DNA from: a virus | DNA length: 57,909 nucleotides | IMG/VR virus record: IMGVR_UViG_3300045988_069295 | Coordinates: 1-57,909 of that record | Direction: 5' to 3' (one strand) | Part shown: in pieces, positions 25,501 to 35,057 of the stretch | Layout of the letters: each line of letters starts with the position of its first letter | Position numbering within the stretch: position 1 is the first letter of the stretch | Made by a program: the position numbers and the translations under genes | The notes under the pieces: model-generated | Told to the model about the DNA's origin: nothing | The model's database searches: none | What the model saw: only the letters and a program-made list of their open reading frames with translations

Positions 25501-27082
25501 TCTCGATAAATTCAGAGAAAAGAGACAAGAGTTTTTTGATGCTGGCAAGAATTTGATTCAGGGCTTCATTGACGGCATTAAAGATTTGAGAGACAAAGCT
25601 ATTAGTGCCGTGACAGGCATTGCCGATTCTGCCGTTGACAAGTTCAAAACGCTTCTTGGCATTCATTCGCCTTCTACCGTGTTTGCCGGTCTTGGTGGCT
25701 ACCTCGTAGAGGGTCTTGCCAACGGCATCACCGCCGCAAAGGGCATGGCTGAACAGGCGATGCAGGGGCTTTCCGATGCTGTGATTGCACTTGGCCAGCA
25801 GTTGACGCAGGACAACTATGGCATTGGCGATGCGAACATTGCCATGACCGCAAATGGTGACGAAACTAGCCTCGAAAAGACCGCCATGAGTCTGCGCAAT
25901 GTTCTGTCGAATGTTGGTGGCAGTCTGTCTGACTGGCTCAAGAAAATCAAGTCTGTGTTTACGGATTTCTCGGATGGCATCAACGCAGTGTCGGATGTCG
26001 GCAAGAAGATTTCGCAGGGGTTCACCGATTCTATTAGCGCCTTGTCCAACACCTCAAAGTCTATCGTTGAAACTAAAAAGGCCTTTAAGTCCGTTTTCTC
26101 TGACATAAAAACGTATGTCAAGAGTAGCATTGCTGAAGTAGAAAACGAATACCATTACAACGGCGCTCTTAGCGCTGCTGGGCTTGCCATTCAAAAGGCA
26201 TTCGAAGGAGCTTATCTCGCTCTCGACAAAGTATCGACTGCCGTTAAAAGTCTTTCCGGCACTATTGATAGCATCAAAAATGTTATCAAGACATTCAATG
26301 ATTTGAAAACCAAAGTTGGCGAGGTTATCGACCAAGTTCCAGCCCTAAAGGATGCTTACAATGGATTAAAGACATTTTTATCCAATCTGTTTGGCGCGGA
26401 TTCCGGCGTCGTGAAAATCGTTTCAGACGGATGGGATTTGATTAAGACCAAAGCTGGTGAAGCTCTTACGTTCATCTCCGGAAAAATCAAAGCGCTTGGC
26501 GTTGGAGGCGCTTCCGGTTCTTCCGGTGGACTAGCTAGTATGCTCGGTGCAATCGGAAGCACAGCTCTTCCGGCTGGCGCTGGCGTTCTTGGTGTTGGAG
26601 CCGCTCTTGGTCTTGGTATTACCGGCCATGTTCAGTGGATAAAGGACTTGAAGAATACCTGGTCTGATTCCAGCAAGAGTTTCGGAGAAAAGGTTTTCAA
26701 CACGGTCAATGATACTCTGACAGACATTTTTAACCCATTTGGCGCAGTAATCAAAATTGCCAAAAACAAGTTCGGTTTCGCCGACGGCGGTTTCCCTGAT
26801 GATGGGCAGCTGTTTTTGGCCAGAGAATCCGGTCCGGAATTTGTTGGTAGCATGGGCGGCCACACCGCAGTTGCCAATAACGATCAGATTGTCGAGGGCA
26901 TCCGTGAAGGTGTTGAGTCGGCTATGGCCAAGCAGAATGAACTTCTTCGTCAGCAGAACGAGCTGTTGAAGGCTCTGCTTGAAAAGGAATCTACTTCCGA
27001 AATTTCCGTTTCCAGCATATCTCAGGCAATCAGCCGGGTAAACCAGAGAAACGGTAAAACTATCATTCCCATTGGCACTTAA
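22559..27082 (+). CDS. tape measure protein
   Basis: About 1,500 aa, helical and Ala/Gly/Ser-rich with hydrophobic central segments; canonical position. Confidence 0.9.
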   Translation: MADVDITSLSVEISAESQGAELNIDKLTTAISNLRTKGNVSKVIDGLDKLTNSLTALKSAQGDFNGLEKVTSFIEGITKVNASDSAKSINILSRSIQKIPDALSGIGDYSDALDSLRDVTDSFNSLSTIQAPKGLSSTINALKKIPDTMSGMDSVNSDLTQTKAVLASFNTLPTVTVPDGLTKMVNTLRRIPTVIAETNKADYKGLGDNIREIMNALTPLASQLDKVGNAFAKLPPQLSKVVTQANRVTAANERQKKSYMSLSSQLNGFMRSAAKLVSLKAIATYLGNAAEKFNSYYEAANLFGVSMKGLTGEASTFINKMETLLGIDPTEAMNNMATIQGLTTSFGMASDKAYVLSKNLTQLGYDLASLKNIPVAESFTKIQAAISGELEPIRRLGVDISNARLQQELLNLGYSQSVSTLSQADKAVLRYIAIMKQTTDAQGDFARTLSSPANMIRILQAQLNSLARAVGSLLYPALKSILPPLIAAVELVKELVTGIASLMGVKVEFPDFSSASDAVGGVTDAMDNTTKATGKAAKAFKNYIMGFDELNVIQKDNGSSGGSGSGAGVAGNILGDVDLSGYDMFKNYVSSSVDEIKEKIKGLLPIIEAVAGAFAVWQLGNFIKQIRQVIDGMNSIQKAAAMVAVLVVEWAITQKLSDSFLKTGDTTKLFGEWLTAAAAAIGGYALLGPEGASLALVVNAVAQLESIKTNLSEGVVKATDASVWLQGISAAVTAGIAGAVFTKTAAGFSLGISVGAVLALSAITYGGTKGGSINPGDSVDALLTALTAAAGGFTGVTLALAAGASVPVAGAALVLGVGVGVVLEQLGVTFGKKDRIKEIEDYIKRYEDAGYTTLAIHYRLKNLGFSDNEVKMAEQGIDSTFEIFNYTFNEKLEALNSWWSKKWDGFKENVGKSWNSLTTFASDYWQNNSLIHGLIDQTNQNVSDLKKSLGKVGEAFNQRVKDIEESAAKAGKAAAEWVNGVLDKFREKRQEFFDAGKNLIQGFIDGIKDLRDKAISAVTGIADSAVDKFKTLLGIHSPSTVFAGLGGYLVEGLANGITAAKGMAEQAMQGLSDAVIALGQQLTQDNYGIGDANIAMTANGDETSLEKTAMSLRNVLSNVGGSLSDWLKKIKSVFTDFSDGINAVSDVGKKISQGFTDSISALSNTSKSIVETKKAFKSVFSDIKTYVKSSIAEVENEYHYNGALSAAGLAIQKAFEGAYLALDKVSTAVKSLSGTIDSIKNVIKTFNDLKTKVGEVIDQVPALKDAYNGLKTFLSNLFGADSGVVKIVSDGWDLIKTKAGEALTFISGKIKALGVGGASGSSGGLASMLGAIGSTALPAGAGVLGVGAALGLGITGHVQWIKDLKNTWSDSSKSFGEKVFNTVNDTLTDIFNPFGAVIKIAKNKFGFADGGFPDDGQLFLARESGPEFVGSMGGHTAVANNDQIVEGIREGVESAMAKQNELLRQQNELLKALLEKESTSEISVSSISQAISRVNQRNGKTIIPIGT

Positions 27083-27095
27083 AGGAGGGGCATTT

Positions 27096-27473
27096 ATGGA
27101 CTACGACCAGTACAATCCGATTCGGAGCGTGGATGGGCAGTATCTTAAATGCCCCTCTTCTTATCAGTGGAAGTTGCAGGATATTTCCGCATCTGATGCT
27201 GGCCGAACGGAAGCAAACATCATGGATAAAAAACGGCTTGGCCAGTGTGTCAAGCTTGAACTTGAATGGAAGTACACCACCATTCAAGAAGCCGCTGTTA
27301 TCCTGAAAGCGTTCAATCCGGAGTACATCAATGTTACCTACCTTGACGCAATGGCTGGCGAGTGGAAAACCAGCGAGTTTTACGTTGGCGACCGCTCCGT
27401 GCCGATGTACAATTCGCGGATGCGCCGTTGGGAAGGGATATCCTTTAATATCATCGAAAGGGCTGCACACTGA
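27096..27473 (+). CDS. distal tail protein-like component
   Basis: Position after the tape measure; AGGAGG RBS. Confidence 0.4.
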   Translation: MDYDQYNPIRSVDGQYLKCPSSYQWKLQDISASDAGRTEANIMDKKRLGQCVKLELEWKYTTIQEAAVILKAFNPEYINVTYLDAMAGEWKTSEFYVGDRSVPMYNSRMRRWEGISFNIIERAAH

Positions 27474-29281
27474 TGGTAAACGTATCGCAAGACGTTATAA
27501 ATTACTTTAACGAGGGAAACCTTCAGACCGCAGCCATCGAATTTTCCAATGGGAAGGAATCTTTTACCATCACCGAAGCGGACATTGTCCAGGGCGGATT
27601 AAAGATTGACCGATACAGCGTGACCGATAGCAAAATTGAGGTCGGCTCTGCGGTAGCGTCTGAGTTATCCTTGAAGTTACGGAACTACGACGGAAAGTTT
27701 GACAACGTTTCGTTTGAAGGGGCCGTGCTCTATGTAAAGGTCGGCGTTTGGAGCGATGACCCGACAGCACTTGGTCATTTTGTTCTTGGGCAGTCCGTTC
27801 TTGGCGCTCTCAATGGCATTGGCAATTTCATTCTTGGAAAGAATTTGATTGGTGATGCAGGAACAAAGGCACAGGTCGTTTGGATTCCATGCGGTCGATT
27901 CATTATCGACACATCTCCTCGAAAGCTGCAAATCATTACGGTTTCTGCCCTTGATTACATGGTCAAGTTCGACAAGGCCGTTGATTATTCGAAAATTTCG
28001 TTTCCGATTCATGTCGATGCGCTAATTCAGAAAATCTGTGAGTTGTGCAGCGTGTCTCTTTTGACCGATGTGACAGTTCTTCCAAACCATCAGTATAGTA
28101 TTGGCGGTTTTCCATCTTCCTCACAGCAGTTGACTTATCGTCAATGCTTACAATGGTGTGCGCAGTTGACAGGCACTTGTGCTTTCATGAACGAGGACGG
28201 CCAGCTTGTTCTTAAATGGTATGAACAAACAGCCGTCACCGTCACGATGAACGAACGGTACACCAGTGATTTGTTGGAGAATGACATTACAATCACCGGC
28301 TTTGCCTGTGACGTGAGTGACAAAGCCACCTATCTTGCTGGAACGAACGAGTATGCGCTTGATTTGAGTGACTGCGGGTTCCTAACCAATTCGTATGATG
28401 GCGTGTTGAAGGAACTTCTTGCCGCACGAGGCGGCTTCTCTTACCGTCCATACAGCGCCACCATAAAGTCTGCTCCGTATTTGTTCCCAATGGATATGAT
28501 TCGCTACAAGGACAAAGACGGCGCATTCCATAATACGATTGTAACCAACGTCACATTTTCGCTGAACTGCAATACATCCATTTCCGGTGCTGGCGAAACC
28601 GTCACAAGCTCTTCTTACATACAGTCTAATAGCGGCGTTACCAACCAGCAGGCGAGCACCAATCGTCAGACGAACGAAAGTCTTGAGACGAAGGCGACAA
28701 AAAAAGAACTTCATAGCATGATGACCTTTACCGAAAGTGAAGGATTGGTTATCACGCATGAAGGATGGAATGGCAAGGTTCAAATCACCGGCGAAGACAT
28801 CCGTGTTGTTCGTGGCAATAACAAAGTTGTCATTACAGACAGTGGTATTTCCATTACAGACGGAAGCGGAAGCTGCACCATTGCCTCTGGAAAGGTTACA
28901 TTCTCCGGACTTTGCCAGGACAAAATTTGGGAGAACGGCGACCCTGGCAGCGGCATTGGCAATGGCGCTGTGATCTGCAACGATGGCCGATTGCGCCAGT
29001 ATTCCGCCATTGTGATTGGATTCGGTGAATACTACACCGGTTTGGACGGCAGCGGAGTGAACGGAAGCGATTTGCAGTATACCGTTTTCCCAATCAATGG
29101 AATTTGGTCGATTGCAAGCCGTGTGTGGGACTATCCGAGAGTCCGAAGAGTCCACGTTTCATATAGCGGGATAACATTCGGGCAAGGTGGATTTTACAAG
29201 GAAAACGCTTTTCAGACTGGTGTGAAATTTGAAAAGCATGACACTTGTTGTGTCCCATGTGCTGTTTACGGATTGATGTAA
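27473..29281 (+). CDS. tail tip / tail-associated (endopeptidase-tail-like) protein
   Basis: 602 aa at the position of Tal-type proteins; the N-terminus resembles phage minor structural protein N-terminal regions. Confidence 0.6.
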   Translation: MVNVSQDVINYFNEGNLQTAAIEFSNGKESFTITEADIVQGGLKIDRYSVTDSKIEVGSAVASELSLKLRNYDGKFDNVSFEGAVLYVKVGVWSDDPTALGHFVLGQSVLGALNGIGNFILGKNLIGDAGTKAQVVWIPCGRFIIDTSPRKLQIITVSALDYMVKFDKAVDYSKISFPIHVDALIQKICELCSVSLLTDVTVLPNHQYSIGGFPSSSQQLTYRQCLQWCAQLTGTCAFMNEDGQLVLKWYEQTAVTVTMNERYTSDLLENDITITGFACDVSDKATYLAGTNEYALDLSDCGFLTNSYDGVLKELLAARGGFSYRPYSATIKSAPYLFPMDMIRYKDKDGAFHNTIVTNVTFSLNCNTSISGAGETVTSSSYIQSNSGVTNQQASTNRQTNESLETKATKKELHSMMTFTESEGLVITHEGWNGKVQITGEDIRVVRGNNKVVITDSGISITDGSGSCTIASGKVTFSGLCQDKIWENGDPGSGIGNGAVICNDGRLRQYSAIVIGFGEYYTGLDGSGVNGSDLQYTVFPINGIWSIASRVWDYPRVRRVHVSYSGITFGQGGFYKENAFQTGVKFEKHDTCCVPCAVYGLM

Positions 29282-29293
29282 GGAGACTTTGAA

Positions 29294-29494
29294 ATGTACA
29301 TGATTACCTATAAAGAGGACGGAACCATTATGAGCGTCGGAAGCGTTGACCCGGCATACAACGCACATCCAACTCCGGACGGTGTCCTGTATATGGAAAG
29401 CATCCCGGATGGGCGGCCTTTCCTACGAACCTATAAAGTCCAAAACGGACAGCTGGTTTATTCACCTACTACTGAAGAACAGGAGGAATCTTGA
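29294..29494 (+). CDS. hypothetical small tail-module protein
   Basis: AAGGAG RBS; 66 aa. Confidence 0.5.
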   Translation: MYMITYKEDGTIMSVGSVDPAYNAHPTPDGVLYMESIPDGRPFLRTYKVQNGQLVYSPTTEEQEES

Positions 29495-31344
29495 CTATGA
29501 GTTATCAAAAGCAAAACTTTGCAAACGGCGAAGTGCTTTCCGCTTCGCAGCTGAACCACATTGAGAATGGCATTGCAGATGTTGAATCTGTAGTCAGCAA
29601 GACGAAAGCCGTTGTCGATAAAATCATCGACCCCACCCTCTCCCTCTCTGGTAAGGCGGCGGATGCGGCAAAGGTGGGAGAGGCGGTTTGTCAGCAAGCA
29701 TATCTGACCAATCCTAAAATCGATAAAAATTTATATATTAAAGATGATTGTACTATTTTAGGTTATGATGGTTGGGACCTGTTAAGTATCCCGGTGATTG
29801 CGGGTGACAAAATTATTGTTTACAGCCCGGTTGATTCAAAATATAACGCTATGTATTCTGCCGACGCTACCAAATATAAAAATTTCGTGTTAAAAAATGG
29901 GATAAATTACATTGATATTCCTGATGGTTATAGAGAATTGAAAATCTCCAATGAACGAGAAATCGCGAAAAATGTTCGGTTTTTTGTCCTTCCAATGCAA
30001 ACAATAAATAGCAACAAAGAAAAGCTAAAAATCGCTGACAACGGAAAATTTCTGCTTGACGAAATTCCATATACGTATATCAACAATGCGGACGGAACTG
30101 AACGAAGCTCCGACGCCTATTCATCATCAGACTACATCGATTTAACCGGTCATAAAAAATTTGTAATTGAGTGTCAAGAAGATTCTGAAAGCAATGCCTT
30201 ATACGATGAATCTTATAATTTTTTGCAGGGAATAGAATATAAAGCAGGATTTACAGAATTTGTGATTCCAACTAATGCAAAATATTTGAGAATATCATGC
30301 CACACTAATTGTCTAAAAACAGCAGGAGTTATTTTTGACAGCTCGATTTCATATCGAAATTTCACACATAACGGAGCGATTTTGCCGCGAGTAAAAGGGT
30401 GGGAGAGTGACCGAGAAACAATCATTGATGAAGCGTATCATATGTTGTTAAATGTATGCAAAAAAAATCCTGACATCATTCCAATTTTTGTATGCACCGA
30501 TAGTCATAGATGGTCACCTCAACATCCGCAAAGATATGTAAACAACATTGATACAGATGGAATGAAAATAGCTAATATAAACCTAGGTGATGATGTTACC
30601 GAACATTGGGATGACTTAAAATTTGATACAATATATAATAATATTAGATACATAAAAAACTATATTGGTGTGTGTGGTAATCACGATAAATGGGATGGAA
30701 CAAGCACAACAGAATATTTTTTACGTAGGATTTTTACTTCTAAAAAAGCAAGATATATTGCAAAATCAAAAAGATGCTGTTATACAGTGAAGGATAATTT
30801 GCATAACGTGAAATATATTATTTTTGACCCTTACTATGCACCAAATTCAGGGGTACCAATGGTAAGCGTTCCAACAGTCGTTGCTACATGGTTCATAAAA
30901 GAATTATCCAAAAATGATGGGTATGATATTATTTTCCTAAATCACCAACCATTGACTGATAACAATATACATAGAGATGGAACAAAGCAAACGTGGAAAA
31001 TGGAGTCTTATGAGGAGCCAATTTTTAGTGCGTTATTTAACGTTTTGAAAAACAGAAAAAACAAGCGTAAAGGTACTTATACAGACACAGACGGAATTGC
31101 TCATCAATATGATTTCAGCCAATGTGAAAACGATTTATTATGCTTATTACACGGACATTCGCACGAAGAGCTGTATTATATCGAAGATGGACTGACAAGT
31201 TATGTATGCGACTGGGACGGCGCTGAATCAACAGGCTATAAATCCACATTTATAGCTATTGATAGAAGCAAAGAAATATTAACAGCGTGGATTGCAAAAG
31301 GAAGTGAAAATGTTGAACCTGCGCTAGAACTAAAAATTAACTAA
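29491..31344 (+). CDS. receptor-binding / tail fibre protein with a C-terminal calcineurin-like metallophosphoesterase domain
   Basis: Fibre-type N-terminus (QNFANGEVLSASQLNHIENGI..., PTLSLSGKAADAAKVGE). C-terminal motifs TDSHR, LGDDV, GNHD, LNHQ and HGHSH appear in canonical order. The segment is visibly AT-rich. Confidence 0.65.
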   Translation: MTMSYQKQNFANGEVLSASQLNHIENGIADVESVVSKTKAVVDKIIDPTLSLSGKAADAAKVGEAVCQQAYLTNPKIDKNLYIKDDCTILGYDGWDLLSIPVIAGDKIIVYSPVDSKYNAMYSADATKYKNFVLKNGINYIDIPDGYRELKISNEREIAKNVRFFVLPMQTINSNKEKLKIADNGKFLLDEIPYTYINNADGTERSSDAYSSSDYIDLTGHKKFVIECQEDSESNALYDESYNFLQGIEYKAGFTEFVIPTNAKYLRISCHTNCLKTAGVIFDSSISYRNFTHNGAILPRVKGWESDRETIIDEAYHMLLNVCKKNPDIIPIFVCTDSHRWSPQHPQRYVNNIDTDGMKIANINLGDDVTEHWDDLKFDTIYNNIRYIKNYIGVCGNHDKWDGTSTTEYFLRRIFTSKKARYIAKSKRCCYTVKDNLHNVKYIIFDPYYAPNSGVPMVSVPTVVATWFIKELSKNDGYDIIFLNHQPLTDNNIHRDGTKQTWKMESYEEPIFSALFNVLKNRKNKRKGTYTDTDGIAHQYDFSQCENDLLCLLHGHSHEELYYIEDGLTSYVCDWDGAESTGYKSTFIAIDRSKEILTAWIAKGSENVEPALELKIN

Positions 31345-31379
31345 ATAGGGCTTTATCCCACTAACAGAAAGGACGTGAC

Positions 31380-32066
31380 ATGATGGCAAAAACTATTTTG
31401 GATGTTTCCCGCTGGCAGGGCCGCATCGACTGGGGCAAGGTCAAGGCAAGCGGCCTTGTCTCCGGCGTGATGCTGAAGACGGTATCCACCAACAGCAAGT
31501 TTTCCAATCGCAAGGACGGGCTGTACATCGACCCGACGTTTGAGCACAACTATGCCGAGTGCAAGCGTGTCGGCTTGCCGGCTGGCGTGTACTATTACAC
31601 CTATGCCGTCTCGCACACCAGTGCCGACGCAGAGCTTGCCCTGCTCAAGACTGCACTGGCTGGAAAAACCTTCGAGCTGCCGATCTGCGTGGATGTGGAG
31701 GACAACAAGCTCCGCAAGCTTGGCAAGCAGGCGTTGACCGACCTGACCGCGTATGCGCTGGCGACCATCGAGCAGTGGGGCTTCTACGCTCTGCTGTACA
31801 CCGGTCTCAATTTCGGTGAGACCCGGCTGTATATGGGCGATGCTGCATTGCGCAAGTACGATGTATGGCTGGCAAGATATCCCAGAGACAAGAGCAAAAC
31901 CAAACCAGAAGACAAGCCCAAAACAGACTTTTCTTTTGGCATGTGGCAGTACACCAGCAGCGCCAGCGTACCGGGCATCACGGGCAACGCAGACCTTTCC
32001 CACGCTTACAAGGACTACGCCGCCATTATCGCGAAAAAGGGGCTGGACAGGCTCCGGGAGGCGTAA
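31380..32066 (+). CDS. GH25 muramidase endolysin
   Basis: LDVSRWQGRIDWGKVKASG...DPTFEHNY...GVYYYTYA...ICVDVED pattern. Confidence 0.8.
   Translation: MMAKTILDVSRWQGRIDWGKVKASGLVSGVMLKTVSTNSKFSNRKDGLYIDPTFEHNYAECKRVGLPAGVYYYTYAVSHTSADAELALLKTALAGKTFELPICVDVEDNKLRKLGKQALTDLTAYALATIEQWGFYALLYTGLNFGETRLYMGDAALRKYDVWLARYPRDKSKTKPEDKPKTDFSFGMWQYTSSASVPGITGNADLSHAYKDYAAIIAKKGLDRLREA
31404..31473 (+). repeat. 70-bp perfect direct repeat, copy 1 (lysin 5' end)
   Basis: Identical to 35200..35269; about 80 bp with 2 mismatches. Confidence 0.95.
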
Positions 32067-32071
32067 GCCGA

Positions 32072-32293
32072 ATGGAGAGTATCGCAGCCGCCCTCATTAC
32101 CGGTGCAATCACGCTGATCGGCGTTTTAATTGCAAACAGCAAAAGCCAAGCCGTGACCGAAACCAAGCTGGAAGAACTGACCAGAGAAGTCCGGGCACAC
32201 AACAATTTCGCCCAGCGCATCCCCGTGCTGGAAGAGAAGATGAAGGTCGCCGATCACCGAATTGCCGACCTCGAAGAAAAGGAAAGGAACTAA
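32072..32293 (+). CDS. small membrane protein (N-terminal TM plus coiled coil), holin-associated / XhlA-like
   Basis: MESIAAALITGAITLIGVLIA followed by a heptad-rich tail; lies between the lysin and the holin. Confidence 0.45.
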   Translation: MESIAAALITGAITLIGVLIANSKSQAVTETKLEELTREVRAHNNFAQRIPVLEEKMKVADHRIADLEEKERN

Positions 32294-32297
32294 TACC

Positions 32298-32543
32298 ATG
32301 ACCAACAAGATTTCCGCCGGAACCGTCGCCCGCACCGCCGTCCTCGCGCTGGCACTCACCAATCAGATTCTGAGCGCAACTGGCCACTCCCCGCTCCCCA
32401 TCGAGTCGGAGCAGCTGGAGCAGATCATCACCACCGGCATCACCGTCGTCGCTTCCCTCGTGGCGTGGTGGGAGAACAACTCCTTCACATCTGCCGCCAT
32501 CCACGCCGATCACGTCCTCAATCAGATGCAGGGCAAGAAGTAA
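32298..32543 (+). CDS. holin (phi LC3-type)
   Basis: Two hydrophobic segments and an AWWENNSFT motif. Confidence 0.65.
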   Translation: MTNKISAGTVARTAVLALALTNQILSATGHSPLPIESEQLEQIITTGITVVASLVAWWENNSFTSAAIHADHVLNQMQGKK

Positions 32544-32555
32544 GGAACAAACCCT

Positions 32556-33020
32556 ATGATTGTGCTAAGCGTATCTCTCGCATCCAATGGCGTTGTTAAA
32601 GTGCCGGGCTATGAGCAGCTGGTGCGCTTTGGCTACACCAAAAACCGGGGCGTGTACCGCCTTGCCGTCGCAGCAACCGGCGAGTGGGAAGGTCTGACCA
32701 TCCGGGCATTTTGGCATGTGCCTGGCGGCAAGGACCCGGCATCCTCGCTGGTGACGGACGGCTATGTGGACGTGCCCGCCAGCGTGACCGCACAGCCCGG
32801 CAATGGGTGCATCACTTTTGAGGGCAGCGACGGCACAAAGACCGTGACCAGCGAAGACCTGCGTTACCGGGTCGGCCCCAATTCTGGCACCGAAGACGGC
32901 ATCCTCCCGGAACCGGGTACCCCGGCATGGGAAGCGTTTGTCAAGGAAGTACACGAATCACTCCACATTGCCACCGATGAAGAGGTCGATGCAATGCTGG
33001 ACGAAATATTTGACGATTGA
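32556..33020 (+). CDS. tail fibre module protein (unknown role)
   Basis: Beta-rich 154 aa. The C-terminal ATDEEVDAMLDEIFDD motif is shared with the next protein. Confidence 0.5.
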   Translation: MIVLSVSLASNGVVKVPGYEQLVRFGYTKNRGVYRLAVAATGEWEGLTIRAFWHVPGGKDPASSLVTDGYVDVPASVTAQPGNGCITFEGSDGTKTVTSEDLRYRVGPNSGTEDGILPEPGTPAWEAFVKEVHESLHIATDEEVDAMLDEIFDD

Positions 33021-33031
33021 GAGGAAACATT

Positions 33032-33865
33032 ATGGCAGACTACGACATCAACCACATTACGAAACTGGGCCACCTCCAGAAGCTCGCTCAGAAGGAAAAT
33101 CAGAAAGCCAACGCTCTCGCGACCCGCTTGGACGCGCTGGAAAGGGTCGGCGCACAGGCCAACAAGATCGAGAGCATCAAGGTGAACGGCACCGCCCAGA
33201 CCATTGCATCCGATAAGAGCGTCAACATCACGGTTCCCACCAAGACCAGCCAGCTGGCCAACGACAGCACCTTCCAGACCAGCGCACAGGTGGTGGCTGC
33301 TATTAACACCGCCATTTCCAAATCCGGCCACGCATCCTTCCAGAAGGTCGATGCAGTGCCGAAAGTCGATGCCGCACAGGAGAACATCCTGTATCTGGTG
33401 ATGAACACCACCACCAAGCATTATGACATCTACGCTAAGATCAAGGGTGACGGCGACAGCTACACCATGGAACTGCTGGACGACACTACCGTGGACCTGT
33501 CCGGCAAGGTGGATAAGGTGGCAGGCAAGGGTCTGTCTACCAACGACTACACCACCGCAGAAAAGACCAAGCTTGCCGGAATCGCAGAGGGTGCAAACAA
33601 GTACGTTCACCCGTCTCATACCGCAGCAACGATCGGTCTGTATAAGATCACCGTGGACGCACTGGGCCACGTCATCGCCGTGACCAAGGTCACCAAAGAG
33701 GACATCACCGGCCTGGGCATCCCCGGCACCAACACGACCTATGGCCTTGCATCGACCACCGCAAACGGCCTGATGTCCAAGGAAGATTATGCAAAGCTGA
33801 ACGGCATGGTGCTTGCGACCGATACCGAGGTTGATGCCATGCTGACCGAGGTGTTCGGGTCTTAA
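33032..33865 (+). CDS. tail fibre protein
   Basis: KGLSTNDYTTAEKTKLAGIAEGAN-type fibre repeat; C-terminal ATDTEVDAMLTEVFGS. Confidence 0.65.
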   Translation: MADYDINHITKLGHLQKLAQKENQKANALATRLDALERVGAQANKIESIKVNGTAQTIASDKSVNITVPTKTSQLANDSTFQTSAQVVAAINTAISKSGHASFQKVDAVPKVDAAQENILYLVMNTTTKHYDIYAKIKGDGDSYTMELLDDTTVDLSGKVDKVAGKGLSTNDYTTAEKTKLAGIAEGANKYVHPSHTAATIGLYKITVDALGHVIAVTKVTKEDITGLGIPGTNTTYGLASTTANGLMSKEDYAKLNGMVLATDTEVDAMLTEVFGS

Positions 33866-33880
33866 CGGAAGGAGCAGCAC

Positions 33881-34144
33881 ATGGCAAGTACAAAACTCCC
33901 CTCGCTGGAACAGCTGAAACGCTCGTTGTCTGCTTGTCAAGGAAAAATCGCAGAAGTGCTCAGTGCTGTCAGTGATGCTCTCTCCGAGATGGACGAGAAA
34001 ACAGCGTCAAAAGAAGATCTGGACACACTGACTCAGCAGCTCATGACGGGCGAACTGCTGGTCGTGCTGACGGCATCGGATGGTTCTGTGCTTGTCACCG
34101 CAGACAGCAAGGCCCTGACCGCGAATAGAAAGATTGGAGGATAA
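33881..34144 (+). CDS. hypothetical small fibre-module protein
   Basis: AAGGAG RBS; 87 aa. Confidence 0.5.
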   Translation: MASTKLPSLEQLKRSLSACQGKIAEVLSAVSDALSEMDEKTASKEDLDTLTQQLMTGELLVVLTASDGSVLVTADSKALTANRKIGG

Positions 34145-34148
34145 TTTA

Positions 34149-34655
34149 ATGGCAAATATTCCTATTACAAGTCTGCCAACTGCATCTGCACCTAGTGCAA
34201 ACGACTATCTGATTTTACAAGGTACGAACACCCAGAAAATCAAGTGGTCGGCACTGGTGAACAAGCTTTACCCGGTAGGTTGCATCTATCAGAGTACCAG
34301 CTCGACCAGCCCTGCGAGCTTTCTGGGAGGCACATGGGAACGTATTAAGGATAAGTTTATTCTGGCCGCTGGCGATACTTACGCAGCGGGGAAAACGGGC
34401 GGCGAGGCAGGACACGCATTGACTGTTGCTGAGATGCCAGCTCATAGACATGAGGGTATCGATATTGATAATCTGTACTGTTTTGGCTGGGAGAACGGAA
34501 GCCGCACTGGCGTGAATTTCAAGAAGTTTTATGGAGGAACGTATTGGGGTGATGACGTACAAAATCGGCTTGCATCTGGGTACGCCGGTGGTTCTACTGC
34601 CCACAACAACATGCCGCCCTACCTGACCGCTTACATCTGGAAGCGCATCGCCTAA
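34149..34655 (+). CDS. phage tail collar domain protein
   Basis: GHALTVAEMPAHRHEG...STAHNNMPPY pattern typical of tail collar / MdpB-like proteins. Confidence 0.7.
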   Translation: MANIPITSLPTASAPSANDYLILQGTNTQKIKWSALVNKLYPVGCIYQSTSSTSPASFLGGTWERIKDKFILAAGDTYAAGKTGGEAGHALTVAEMPAHRHEGIDIDNLYCFGWENGSRTGVNFKKFYGGTYWGDDVQNRLASGYAGGSTAHNNMPPYLTAYIWKRIA

Positions 34656-34673
34656 CGAAAGGAGCATATAATC

Positions 34674-35054
34674 GTGAAAATCATTGACATCAACGGCAAC
34701 CCTATGGAAAACCCCGACCTGTCTTTGGGCTGGCTGGAAGACAAGACACAGACCATCCACCACGATGCTGTGGCGGGCGTGGAGGAGGTCAGCCACTACG
34801 AGACCCTTTCCGAGTACCCAAACGGCGGCAAAGACGTGCAGAAGGTGGTGGACGTGCCCGGCGTGGAAGCAAAAGACGCCTGGGACGAAGAAGAGCAGGT
34901 GCGGGTGTACCACTTGTACACTGCTGAGGAACTGGCCGCACAGGCTGAAGCCCGCGAAAAAGCTGAACAGCAGGCCAAGCTCCCCTCCACCGCCGAGCGT
35001 ATTGCTGCATTGGAAGCGGCCATGCTGGACTTGCTGGCTGCACAGGAGGTATAA
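34674..35054 (+). CDS. hypothetical protein in the position of XkdW-type genes
   Basis: Position upstream of the XkdX-like mini-gene; acidic with an Ala-rich C-terminus. Confidence 0.4.
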   Translation: MKIIDINGNPMENPDLSLGWLEDKTQTIHHDAVAGVEEVSHYETLSEYPNGGKDVQKVVDVPGVEAKDAWDEEEQVRVYHLYTAEELAAQAEAREKAEQQAKLPSTAERIAALEAAMLDLLAAQEV

Positions 35055-35057
35055 CGG

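Noticed and set aside
31865-32071. Long N-terminal extension of the XhlA-like ORF (ORF track 31865..32293)
   Set aside because: The extension overlaps the 3' half of the lysin gene in another frame. ATG 32072, right after the lysin stop, gives a sensible TM protein.
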